Shown: positions 28,499-36,374, counted from the first letter of the stretch. The stretch: 57,005 bases of DNA from a virus (IMGVR_UViG_3300000095_000003:1-57005); one strand, 5' to 3'. Notes: generated by a model not told the origin, from the sequence alone. Program-made: numbers and translations.

Positions 28499-28786
28499 TT
28501 AAGTAAAACGAATCGTATCCCCACCAGAGAAATAATAGATTATAGTGCCGTTGTACTTCTTTTTTCTTTCTAAAATCTGACCGATGTATTGTAAATAAGT
28601 TAGCTCTAAAGCTTGACCTACATTACTAGATGGGAATACTTCTTTATGCTCTAATCCACCTTTCATAAATACAAAAGCGAAATAGTACGGAGTAGGGAAA
28701 TCAGATAACATTCCAGGTACATCTGCACTTGCACCAAATTCAAAACGGACTAGCTTGGCATTTACACAATTTTGATTAGTTTCCAT
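28499..28786 (-). CDS. hypothetical protein
   Basis: co-oriented ORF. Confidence 0.55.
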   Translation of the reverse strand: METNQNCVNAKLVRFEFGASADVPGMLSDFPTPYYFAFVFMKGGLEHKEVFPSSNVGQALELTYLQYIGQILERKKKYNGTIIYYFSGGDTIRFT

Positions 28787-28801
28787 TTATTTTGTTAGCC
28801 C

Positions 28802-29089
28802 TTAATGAGTAAGTTTTGAAAGACTCTGATAAATCCCCAGAGACCATAATCTGTTGAATCTTTCTGAGATTTTCTTAGCTTGTGCTTCATCATCCGCTAG
28901 GTATCTCATCTTCTCACCATTACCTGCCGGAGCAAAATACCAACTCCTACTATCCTCTGTCATCTCACCACCTTGACAATTAGTGATTATACTCGCTACA
29001 TAATGACTAGGGCAATGTCTTTGATAATGCTGTTCATTCCAATATACATCCTTTACAATGACTGCAAATTCAGAACTTTGACTGCTCAT
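28802..29089 (-). CDS. hypothetical protein
   Basis: AAGGAG RBS. Confidence 0.6.
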   Translation of the reverse strand: MSSQSSEFAVIVKDVYWNEQHYQRHCPSHYVASIITNCQGGEMTEDSRSWYFAPAGNGEKMRYLADDEAQAKKISERFNRLWSLGIYQSLSKLTH

Positions 29090-29110
29090 TTTTAACTCCT
29101 TTTAATGTAC

Positions 29111-29189
29111 ACTACTTTACAACTACTCTTTAGGATAAGTAGCCTAAGTAGTAAAACCCTCTACCAGCTAACCAAACTAATAGAGGGTG
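29111..29189 (-). ncRNA. two-hairpin kissing-loop motif, copy E
   Basis: ACCCUCUAUUAGU-UUGGUUA-GCUGGUAGAGGGU, hairpin 2 GGCUACUU-AUCCUAAA-GAGUAGUU. Confidence 0.75.
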
Positions 29190-29213
29190 AAAATATGAGA
29201 GAGTAAGTAAAAG

Positions 29214-29414
29214 CTACTCTAGCATCATATTAATGATTCGGGATTTTAACTTAGCTAACTCTTCAAAGTAATTAGCATTATTAATCTTGTCACGTAGCTT
29301 GTCTAAATCTTCCTCAGTAACTTCTTTGCGCGGACTTAATGGATATTGCGGTGAAGGTATCGGTTGTTTAGTAGTCCAAGGTGTGGGTTTTCCGGGGTCA
29401 TTAATTTCTGCCAT
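29214..29414 (-). CDS. small hypothetical protein
   Basis: AGGAG RBS. Confidence 0.55.
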   Translation of the reverse strand: MAEINDPGKPTPWTTKQPIPSPQYPLSPRKEVTEEDLDKLRDKINNANYFEELAKLKSRIINMMLE

Positions 29415-29473
29415 TGTTCTTGCTCCTAGTTTGTGTTGTTAGATGCTTTTAGTAACTCCGGGCTGAGAATTGA

Positions 29474-30103
29474 TTAACCGCAGTAATTACTATTTTCTGG
29501 GCAATTTACCCAAGCCCAACCACTACCACAAGTACATAAGCGGTTATTAGGATTAGTTGTGAAGCTGTCATCGCTAACCCCTTGACTTGAGATTGTACGA
29601 TATAGACTTTCCTCATCATCGCCTTTCAGAACCTCACCGAATAGCACCAACTCCCCCAACTCTTCATCAAGACAGACAAAAACATTCGCCTCACTAGAAT
29701 TAAGAATTAAGCGAGCTTTAGACAGTAAATGATCTAGCTGTCTCAATTCATCTTGAGTGAGAGTAGATGGTTGTACGTTGACTTTAATCTCAGTATCCTT
29801 TGCTGCTTTCTGAAGCTTGACTACTAAATGCTCGGCTTCATCAAAGGTGAGAAAAGCATCAACAAAGTTTTTAAGTGCGTTGGAAATCAAGAAATACTCT
29901 GGATTTTTACCAGTAACCCTTGAAATTCCGTAAATGCTAAAGCCACCATTTAAGCCCCCAGTTTCTTCTAAGATATACATTGATTGATAAGGCGAGGGAA
30001 CTTGTCGCACCTTACTAATCACTAAGTCTTTCTCTCTCACAATAAAATCCGGATTTCCAATCATCTCTCTAGCAGCTTGGTCAAAATCAAAAGGTTGATA
30101 CAT
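29474..30103 (-). CDS. hypothetical protein with C-terminal SEC-C-like Cys motif
   Basis: LCTCGSGWAWVNC...YCG. Confidence 0.55.
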   Translation of the reverse strand: MYQPFDFDQAAREMIGNPDFIVREKDLVISKVRQVPSPYQSMYILEETGGLNGGFSIYGISRVTGKNPEYFLISNALKNFVDAFLTFDEAEHLVVKLQKAAKDTEIKVNVQPSTLTQDELRQLDHLLSKARLILNSSEANVFVCLDEELGELVLFGEVLKGDDEESLYRTISSQGVSDDSFTTNPNNRLCTCGSGWAWVNCPENSNYCG

Positions 30104-30155
30104 GGAAACCTCTAAAAATCTAAGTGTGTGAATTACCTGATAAGAACTACCAGGA

Positions 30156-30226
30156 ATACTTAAACTGGGAATCGAACCCAGTAGAGTAGTTATTAGTTAC
30201 TCTTTCCACCGTTGGATTTTAAGTAT
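30156..30226 (-). ncRNA. miniature tRNA-like element T1
   Basis: AUACUUAAA A UCC AACGGU GGA A AGAGUA(9 nt)UACUCU A CUGGG UUCGAUU CCCAG UUUAAGUAU. Confidence 0.8.
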
Positions 30227-30563
30227 ACAAAGGCTTTTTGATGATTAACTCGGCTAACTCTATTGCTTGATATTCGTTATCTGCAAAACCTCTATAGTTA
30301 TTATGCTCATCTAACACTAGATATTTAAGGTTAGTGTTAGTAACAATAGATTTGTGAACTGTAGCGATTTTGTACTTGGCAGTCTTATCGTCGGTGTGAT
30401 ATATAGTAGATGAGAGAATGTACAAAGATTTGAGGTATTCGGGATAACGACCCTTAACTACATTGATAACCTTGGGTAGTTTAGAGAATAGTAGATCTTT
30501 AATTGCTTGGGCTGTCTCTCTACCAATAAGGGTATAGCCATCATCAGTTATAATCTCAATCAT
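30219..30563 (-). CDS. hypothetical protein
   Basis: AGAGG RBS; stop codon overlaps T1. Confidence 0.6.
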   Translation of the reverse strand: MIEIITDDGYTLIGRETAQAIKDLLFSKLPKVINVVKGRYPEYLKSLYILSSTIYHTDDKTAKYKIATVHKSIVTNTNLKYLVLDEHNNYRGFADNEYQAIELAELIIKKPLYT

Positions 30564-30600
30564 TTTGACCTCTTATTACCTGGGATAAATTACCAGGAAG

Positions 30601-30664
30601 CGCCTAATCTAGAATCGAACTAGATAACTAACTTAGAGCTAGTCGCCACCATTGACTTTAGACG
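30601..30664 (-). ncRNA. miniature tRNA-like element T2
   Basis: CGUCUAA A GUC AAUGGU GGC GACUAGC(5 nt)GUUAGUU A UCUAG UUCGAUU CUAGA UUAGGCG. Confidence 0.8.
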
Positions 30665-30693
30665 GGTTTAGTAGAGACAATAGGATTCCTGTA

Positions 30694-31113
30694 CTAAGCA
30701 AAAATTATTCGATCTTTGACATTTGAGTTGTACTGGGAGTTGAATAGCTGTATAAGTTGATTAATTTCGTAGTGCTTAAAGTCAGTTGAATTAGTAGATA
30801 GGTAATACCCTTTACCTGCTATAGTGTAATTTTCTGTTAACCATTGTTCAAACTCATTTGATTTTTGTTTTCTTTCCAACCAATCCTTAATAGCTACCCA
30901 ATCTACTCTTTCTTCTAGGGCAATGTTAATTAGAGCTAATGCGGCATCTGCTATAGATTGAGGTCTGAGTGTATTAATCATATAGTCAGAAAACAAATCT
31001 TTTAACTCTTTTTCATTGAGAGAGTAATAGCAATGTAGACTATCTTTCTCATCGTTTAACCAACATATAACTAATGCGGTTTCTTTGCTTGTGGTTTGTG
31101 TTTGAGTAGACAT
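30694..31113 (-). CDS. hypothetical protein
   Basis: co-oriented ORF between T2 and T3. Confidence 0.6.
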   Translation of the reverse strand: MSTQTQTTSKETALVICWLNDEKDSLHCYYSLNEKELKDLFSDYMINTLRPQSIADAALALINIALEERVDWVAIKDWLERKQKSNEFEQWLTENYTIAGKGYYLSTNSTDFKHYEINQLIQLFNSQYNSNVKDRIIFA

Positions 31114-31160
31114 TTGACAAAGAACTTAGAGTGAATTAGTACACTGTTCTCTAAGTAAAA

Positions 31161-31226
31161 GCTCAGTTACGAATTGAACGTAATGATAAACCTTTGATTG
31201 ATTTATCCCCACCATTGAGTCTGAGC
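31161..31226 (-). ncRNA. miniature tRNA-like element T3
   Basis: GCUCAG A CUC AAUGGU GGG GAUAAAUC(7 nt)GGUUUAUC A UUACG UUCAAUU CGUAA CUGAGC. Confidence 0.8.
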
Positions 31227-31235
31227 AACCTTTAA

Positions 31236-31469
31236 CTATTTCTCAACTAAAACATACCGATACTGAGTTTTAGATATTTCTTCGGGAATGTAGCTATACC
31301 CAAGTGCCTCTGCTCTAGTTAAGAGTCTATTACGATAATCAAGTAATTCACCTAGTCTCAGTCTCGCATCTGCTTTCTGTTGACATTCTGGTTTACCGAA
31401 CCATTGCGTGAGTATTTCTGATTCTTTCTCACTAATGCTATTTAGCTCTAGTTGTATCTGCTGTTTCAT
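31236..31469 (-). CDS. hypothetical protein (start moved to MKQQ)
   Basis: AAGGAGAG RBS before ATG 31469. Confidence 0.6.
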   Translation of the reverse strand: MKQQIQLELNSISEKESEILTQWFGKPECQQKADARLRLGELLDYRNRLLTRAEALGYSYIPEEISKTQYRYVLVEK

Positions 31470-31512
31470 TGTTCTCTCCTTTGATAACGTCACTCTGTAT
31501 TGAGTAACAAAA

Positions 31513-31558
31513 CTTAGATGGGGAGTTGAACCCCACAACTAATGAAATCGTGCTTAAG
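31513..31558 (-). ncRNA. degenerate T-arm junction element (J3)
   Basis: perfect T-arm UGGGG UUCAACU CCCCA; flanking stems weak. Confidence 0.45.
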
Positions 31559-31757
31559 AATTTAACTTGTCCATAAACTCTTGTATTTCTTGCTGCTCTA
31601 GCTCCTGTAAAAACAATTCCCCATCATGCACAAGGTTTTTGAGATTAGTATCAGTGAGAGCTTTAAGCTTTGCCATTAACTTTTTAACGTCTGGATACTC
31701 ACTCTGTAATGTTTCATAGCCCGGTGTAACTTCAGCTATTGCATCATCTAAACTCAT
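31554..31757 (-). CDS. first small ORF of the leftward unit, hypothetical
   Basis: GAAGGAGAG RBS. Confidence 0.6.
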   Translation of the reverse strand: MSLDDAIAEVTPGYETLQSEYPDVKKLMAKLKALTDTNLKNLVHDGELFLQELEQQEIQEFMDKLNS

Positions 31758-31804
31758 ATTCTCTCCTTCGTGTTTGTGTGTTACTTCCCATTAGTAGGAA
31801 GAAA

Positions 31805-32049
31805 ACCGATTTAAGGAATTGCACCTTACACTCTCAAAATAGTTTAGTAGACTTTCCTTTGCACTCTACTATCTAACTATTACCATACTGTCACTAGGTA
31901 ATATAAGTTAAAATCCCCTAAACTTTTTAGATTGGCTAGTTAGTATCGTGCGAATAGAATCGATATACCATCCTCTATGGCTTAACCGTTCGCTACATAA
32001 TCCCTAGTTACTACGGGGTAACTTTTTTGACAAGTGGACTATCATCGGT
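31805..32049 (-). ncRNA. ~245 nt structured RNA closed by a stem and T-loop arm
   Basis: ACCGAU/AUCGGU closing stem, CACUUGUCAAAA/UUUUGAGAGUG helix, AAGUUA/UAACUU, several inner hairpins, UAAGG UGCAAUU CCUUA arm. Confidence 0.6.
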
Positions 32050-32053
32050 ACGC

Positions 32054-32072
32054 TATTTAATTATCAAGGTTC
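32054..32072 (-). promoter_or_regulatory. rRNA-operon-type boxA antitermination element
   Basis: GAACCTTGATAATTAAATA; one mismatch to cyanobacterial ITS boxA GAACCTTGAAAA; preceded by hairpin CTTG-ATAATTATGA-CAAG. Confidence 0.65.
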
Positions 32073-32225
32073 TGAGCTTGTCATAATTATCAAGAATCCT
32101 TCGTTAACTGAATGCTTTGCCAGTAACTACAGATGCTAGTCAAAAAATGTTAAGCGAGATATTTAATTTGCTTGACCTTAGCTATTGATGTGACTATCTT
32201 TGTTAGATTGACGCGGTAACAGCTA

Positions 32226-32318
32226 TGGAGGTAATCAACTTACTCTCAGACTTTTCTCAAGCAACATAGGATTAACCTATCTGATTTCAGAAGCACTTAA
32301 ATTTGGAGGTAATCAACT
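32226..32318 (-). repeat. 15-nt perfect direct repeat AGTTGATTACCTCCA (x2)
   Basis: plus strand TGGAGGTAATCAACT at 32226-32240 and 32304-32318. Confidence 0.85.
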
Positions 32319-32550
32319 CATTATGAGCCAACTTTAGAAGTAGTAGAGGAAATGCTACATAGGCAAGAACTCCTAGATTAATCCCTTATCAGTATAGGTA
32401 AGGAGACTAGCTCGATATCCTATATTTGAAAGGGTAGATCGGGAAAACGACTGGCGTTAGTCCGTCTCTGGGTTTAATTTCTCGCTCACTGGGAGGGAGT
32501 AGTGAAGATTGGATTAGCTTTAAGTAGCTTTCTCTTCCCTTCATGTATCT

Positions 32551-32556
32551 ATTATA
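32551..32556 (-). promoter_or_regulatory. candidate -10 element (TATAAT) for the leftward unit
   Basis: TATAATAGATACATGAAGGG on minus strand; no canonical -35 at 17 bp. Confidence 0.45.
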
Positions 32557-32805
32557 GAACTACCTGATTGCAAGTAGGTGATTTGAGATTGATATTGAAG
32601 AAGAGTGTTGGAGGCTGGGATGTATAGGAGGAAAGGGATTGGGGAGATTAGGTGATAGAAGAAAGGAGATTGAGAGAGGTGGTTACTACTCTCTAGCCCC
32701 TATACCAAATACTTTATACAAGAAACTAAGTGATCTAAATTTTAAGTACCTATGAAAAATGAACTACTATATATCTATACCGACATATAAAAGATATATA
32801 AGAAA

Positions 32806-33474
32806 ATGGCATTCGAGAAAAAATGGGATTGGGATACAATCAGATTGGATTACATGATAGGTCAATTTGCATTCAATAAAGAAGGAATACAAATACAACG
32901 ACCATTCACTCTAAAAACACTATCTGAGAAATACAATATACCAGAACCAACATTAGCAGCTAAATGTAAAAAAGAGAAATGGGTAGCACAAAGAGATCTT
33001 CTTGACTCTAAATTAAGAAGAAGACTAGACGAAGGAAAAGTAACGTCTCTACTAGGCGAATCTACAATGTCAGATAGTCTAGCTCTTAGTCAATTATCTA
33101 AAGCTACACAAATGATTACTAATTACTTTAAACAATATAACTTAGATGAAAACTCTGACATCTCATATAATCCAGAAGAAACTCCACCAATAAATCCTAG
33201 AGAACTTAAAGATGTAGTAGGAGTAATAAAAGAAATCCATCTATTAACTAAATCTATAATAGGAACTGATTCACTCCAAGAACATCTAGAAGAAATACAA
33301 GTAAAAGATAAAGCTAAACAATTAAATAAATTAAAAACAGATCCTAAAGCAATGGAAGATAAACTACAACAATTACTAAAACGAAGACAAGAACTATTAT
33401 CTGAATCTTCTAACACTCATTTACTATCTTTACCTGCTCATGAACAAATAGTAGAAGTAGAAGTAGAAAGATAA
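32806..33474 (+). CDS. terminase small subunit-like HTH protein
   Basis: WDWDTIRLDY...TLKTLSEKYNIPEPTL...KKEKW followed by helical region. Confidence 0.55.
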   Translation: MAFEKKWDWDTIRLDYMIGQFAFNKEGIQIQRPFTLKTLSEKYNIPEPTLAAKCKKEKWVAQRDLLDSKLRRRLDEGKVTSLLGESTMSDSLALSQLSKATQMITNYFKQYNLDENSDISYNPEETPPINPRELKDVVGVIKEIHLLTKSIIGTDSLQEHLEEIQVKDKAKQLNKLKTDPKAMEDKLQQLLKRRQELLSESSNTHLLSLPAHEQIVEVEVER

Positions 33475-33514
33475 AAGAAAACTCCTCAAGTCATCATAAC
33501 CTGGGGAGTTCTTT
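33474..33514. terminator. bidirectional terminator between convergent genes
   Basis: AAAGAAAACTCCTCA...TGGGGAGTTCTTT. Confidence 0.65.
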
Positions 33515-33530
33515 ATATCTAAACTAGCTT

Positions 33531-34505
33531 CTATTGAATAAAATAATCATAATAAATATCTCTATCATATTTATCTTTGAATCCTAAAACTCCACCAGAC
33601 TTACCAAACTGCTTAACCTTAATAGAGTAAATAGGTAATATAGGTGAGTAAACAGGATATAAATAACCATCTGTACTCATACTAGCTTCCATTACATACC
33701 AATCAGCAGCATAAACATTAGGTACAAAAGCTTTGGTTCTCTCACTATAACCGTAAAACTCTAAATTATAATCACTATCTACATAACCAACTCTTATATA
33801 GTCATTAGTTTTTAGATTCTTCTTATATACATCTCTAGTTGGATTATTTATATTCTTTTCTTCTTCCTCAAGTCTTTTAGACTCCCTTAAAACTTTCTCT
33901 CTAATTTCTTTTTTAGATTCAGTATCATCAATAAAAATACTTCTAACTTCAAAGTCATATATTGGTTTATCTGTCTCGTTCTGACTCGTAACGGGTGATA
34001 AAAGCTCAATCAATTTATCTAATCTCTCAATCACTAAATCTAACTTATCTACTTTATATTCTTTCTTTTCTTCGTTAAGACTCATAACGTCTTCCTCTAT
34101 CTTACCCCAATCTAATTCTTGTAATCTTTTAATGAACTCTTCTTTACTAATTGTTCTACTAGCAATTTCAAATCTTTTCATATGTTTATCAATAACTTCC
34201 TGAGATACTACATTGGAGTTCTGTCTTCTCTCTACTTTCTTAGCTATATCATATAAGTGTTTATTAATATCTTTACTATCTTCACTCTTTATAGTGATTG
34301 GTGAGTTAATAACTACAGGTTTATCTAATTTCTTCATTAAAGTCTGAATATGATCTAATACACTATCTACTGTATGAGATATATTATCTTGATTCTCTAA
34401 TAGTTTACTTCTCATATCTAACTGATTAAAATACAAAATGTACAATCTATCCATTATCGAGTTAGATAGTTTAAATCTTTCTACTTCAGTATCTTTATTA
34501 CTCAT
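33531..34505 (-). CDS. coiled-coil protein with C-terminal YKK-VG family domain
   Basis: DVYKKNLKTNDYIRVGYVD...LGFKD....IYYDYFI. Confidence 0.6.
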   Translation of the reverse strand: MSNKDTEVERFKLSNSIMDRLYILYFNQLDMRSKLLENQDNISHTVDSVLDHIQTLMKKLDKPVVINSPITIKSEDSKDINKHLYDIAKKVERRQNSNVVSQEVIDKHMKRFEIASRTISKEEFIKRLQELDWGKIEEDVMSLNEEKKEYKVDKLDLVIERLDKLIELLSPVTSQNETDKPIYDFEVRSIFIDDTESKKEIREKVLRESKRLEEEEKNINNPTRDVYKKNLKTNDYIRVGYVDSDYNLEFYGYSERTKAFVPNVYAADWYVMEASMSTDGYLYPVYSPILPIYSIKVKQFGKSGGVLGFKDKYDRDIYYDYFIQ

Positions 34506-34785
34506 TTTGATTATCCTCCAATTCTTTTCTCAATCTAGATATTTCTTCTATATATCCTTGTTCGTTAGATACTAATTCATCTATCCTTTCAAGAAGTTCA
34601 GGTATAGTGAAATCTTTAATATCTTTTTTCTCATCTTCATAAGTCATATACTCAACCACTTCCCTTTTTATCTCATGAATATTACCTTCAGCATCTAACC
34701 AAGCAGTAGCTCCATAAATACTTTCCAAATCAATATTATCTGGTTTACTATCATCTACCCATTTGATTAAACCTAACTCATTCAT
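34498..34785 (-). CDS. hypothetical protein
   Basis: co-oriented ORF. Confidence 0.55.
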   Translation of the reverse strand: MNELGLIKWVDDSKPDNIDLESIYGATAWLDAEGNIHEIKREVVEYMTYEDEKKDIKDFTIPELLERIDELVSNEQGYIEEISRLRKELEDNQNE

Positions 34786-34837
34786 ATATCCAACTGTCTT
34801 ACCCGTATCTCTATGAACAATTAAATCACTAAACTCT

Positions 34838-35272
34838 CTATCTATCCTTTCTCAATTTACTAAGAACATCTACCATCGATTGTAGATAAGAACCATCATC
34901 TTGACTACATCGAATTACTCGTCTAGTTAAAGTTATAGGATTACCATTACCTTGATTTATCTCTACATTAAATATATCTTCTACTTCTCCTAATTCTTTC
35001 TCTCTATAGTAATCGTAAGACTCAGTATCATCTCTAAATGGAGTAGTTACATTCATATTATCTAAACTGTTATTTTCTGATAACTCTGCTAATGAACTCA
35101 CTAATTTATATAATGGTTGTAATGGTAAGCCATCATAATTATTATCTAAATAGTTTAATTCTTTCCACAATTCACAAACAAGACTGTTAAACTTATTTAC
35201 ATTCATAGCACTTACATCATCATACTCATTCATAAAATCTTCTGTCATGCTATTCATAAATATTGATCCCAA
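34838..35272 (-). CDS. hypothetical protein
   Basis: co-oriented ORF. Confidence 0.55.
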   Translation of the reverse strand: MGSIFMNSMTEDFMNEYDDVSAMNVNKFNSLVCELWKELNYLDNNYDGLPLQPLYKLVSSLAELSENNSLDNMNVTTPFRDDTESYDYYREKELGEVEDIFNVEINQGNGNPITLTRRVIRCSQDDGSYLQSMVDVLSKLRKDR

Positions 35273-35556
35273 AGAACTAATTTACCATTATCAAGATAAC
35301 CTATAGATAAGAAATTGGTATAAGCTTCATTATCAAAGTTTTTATCTGTCTCATCTATATTTACTAATACTTCTCTTTCATCATCTAATATTAAAAACTC
35401 TAATTCGTCTAACTCATAACAACATTTATAAGTATTTACTTTATTTATATTTATCTTATTCTTAGGTTCTAGAAATATCTTCTCGTGAGTATTTCTGTCC
35501 CAATCTCCAACTAATACTTTATCTCCAGTCTGACTATTAATCTTATATAAGTTCAT
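35254..35556 (-). CDS. YKK-VG family paralog
   Basis: NLYKINSQTGDKVLVG...IGYLDNGKLVLWDQYL. Confidence 0.6.
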   Translation of the reverse strand: MNLYKINSQTGDKVLVGDWDRNTHEKIFLEPKNKININKVNTYKCCYELDELEFLILDDEREVLVNIDETDKNFDNEAYTNFLSIGYLDNGKLVLWDQYL

Positions 35557-35557
35557 A

Positions 35558-36094
35558 TTATTCCACTATCCAATTACCTAAATCTGTAATATCTAAACTT
35601 CTTTCCTCAAACCATTTATAAGCTGAATCAATAGCTATTTGAGCAGTAGAATGAATCGAAGACTTTATATACACTGGTTCATTAACTTTATTATCTTTAT
35701 TTAAAAGTACAATTGTGTGTCTATTTTTTCTAAAAGTATAAATAGCCTCCCAATCTTGAGAATTAAACTGATTAGGAACTGCTATCCAACAATCATCTAA
35801 GTTCTTAATCTTAATAGCTGCTATATCATTTCCTTTTACTAATTCAGGATAATGTGCGTGATAAAAACTCAATACATCTACTGTCACCCACCAATCATGA
35901 TAATACTCTCTATCATCAAATAAAGTCGAGTGTAAAGCATAAACAGTATCTCTACTATCTATAAATACTAGAGCATATTCACCTCTCTCAAATATCTCTC
36001 TACCATTGACAATGAAAGATCTTAACTTATCCTTAAACTCATCAGGACTTAATTTCTGCAAAAAAGAATATTCATCAGGAGTCATATCATTCAC
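35558..36094 (-). CDS. hypothetical protein
   Basis: co-oriented ORF; C-terminal WFEERSLDITDLGNW similar to 46040..46321. Confidence 0.55.
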   Translation of the reverse strand: MNDMTPDEYSFLQKLSPDEFKDKLRSFIVNGREIFERGEYALVFIDSRDTVYALHSTLFDDREYYHDWWVTVDVLSFYHAHYPELVKGNDIAAIKIKNLDDCWIAVPNQFNSQDWEAIYTFRKNRHTIVLLNKDNKVNEPVYIKSSIHSTAQIAIDSAYKWFEERSLDITDLGNWIVE

Positions 36095-36374
36095 CTAACT
36101 TATTTCTTACTTTCTCACCTTCAGCATTTATATATTCATAGTAGAAACTCCCATCTATCAAATAAATATTTTGACCTTCAGGAACTCTTATCTTTCTATC
36201 TTGTGGAGTTTTACACTTCTCCAATAAGTATTCCGTAGCAATAAACGCATCATCAATAACTTCTCTCAATTCTTCTTGAGTTAAAACTCTACTCTTATTA
36301 ACAAATGTACAAGTAAGTTGAGTAGCAGTTTGTAATCTCAACAACTCGATTGGGCTGTAATCATATTCATTCAT
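36087..36374 (-). CDS. hypothetical protein
   Basis: co-oriented ORF. Confidence 0.55.
   Translation of the reverse strand: MNEYDYSPIELLRLQTATQLTCTFVNKSRVLTQEELREVIDDAFIATEYLLEKCKTPQDRKIRVPEGQNIYLIDGSFYYEYINAEGEKVRNKLGE

Noticed and set aside
14838-29189. Kissing-loop motif as a purine riboswitch (loop CC.UAAA with a GG partner loop)
   Set aside because: No consistent P1 helix encloses the two hairpins and the UUUCUAC ligand-binding junction is absent; only the loop contact is similar
30505-30547. Second hammerhead (CTGATGATGGCT...AGCC) at the start of the 30219..30563 gene
   Set aside because: GAAA is replaced by CAAG and stems I and III cannot be formed; the sequence is coding
30130-30600. 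HDV-like (theta) ribozymes 3' of the tRNA-like elements
   Set aside because: Only a simple CCTGG...CAGG hairpin follows; no nested double pseudoknot found
30156-31226. T1-T3 as genuine tRNA genes
   Set aside because: Single-nucleotide connectors, non-canonical anticodon arms (9, 5 and 7 nt loops; the 7-nt loop lacks U33), acceptor stems of 9/7/6 bp, no CCA
27719-31538. Upstream TTG starts given for 27026..27760, 27827..28108 and 31236..31538
   Set aside because: They fall inside structured RNA elements; downstream ATGs have purine-rich RBS-like sequences
31805-32049. tmRNA
   Set aside because: No GGGG 5' end, no G3-U70 pair, no CCA and no evident tag reading frame
27750-32320. CRISPR array or DGR repeats
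   Set aside because: Repeated elements conserve structure rather than sequence and are separated by whole genes; no cas or reverse transcriptase gene in the window
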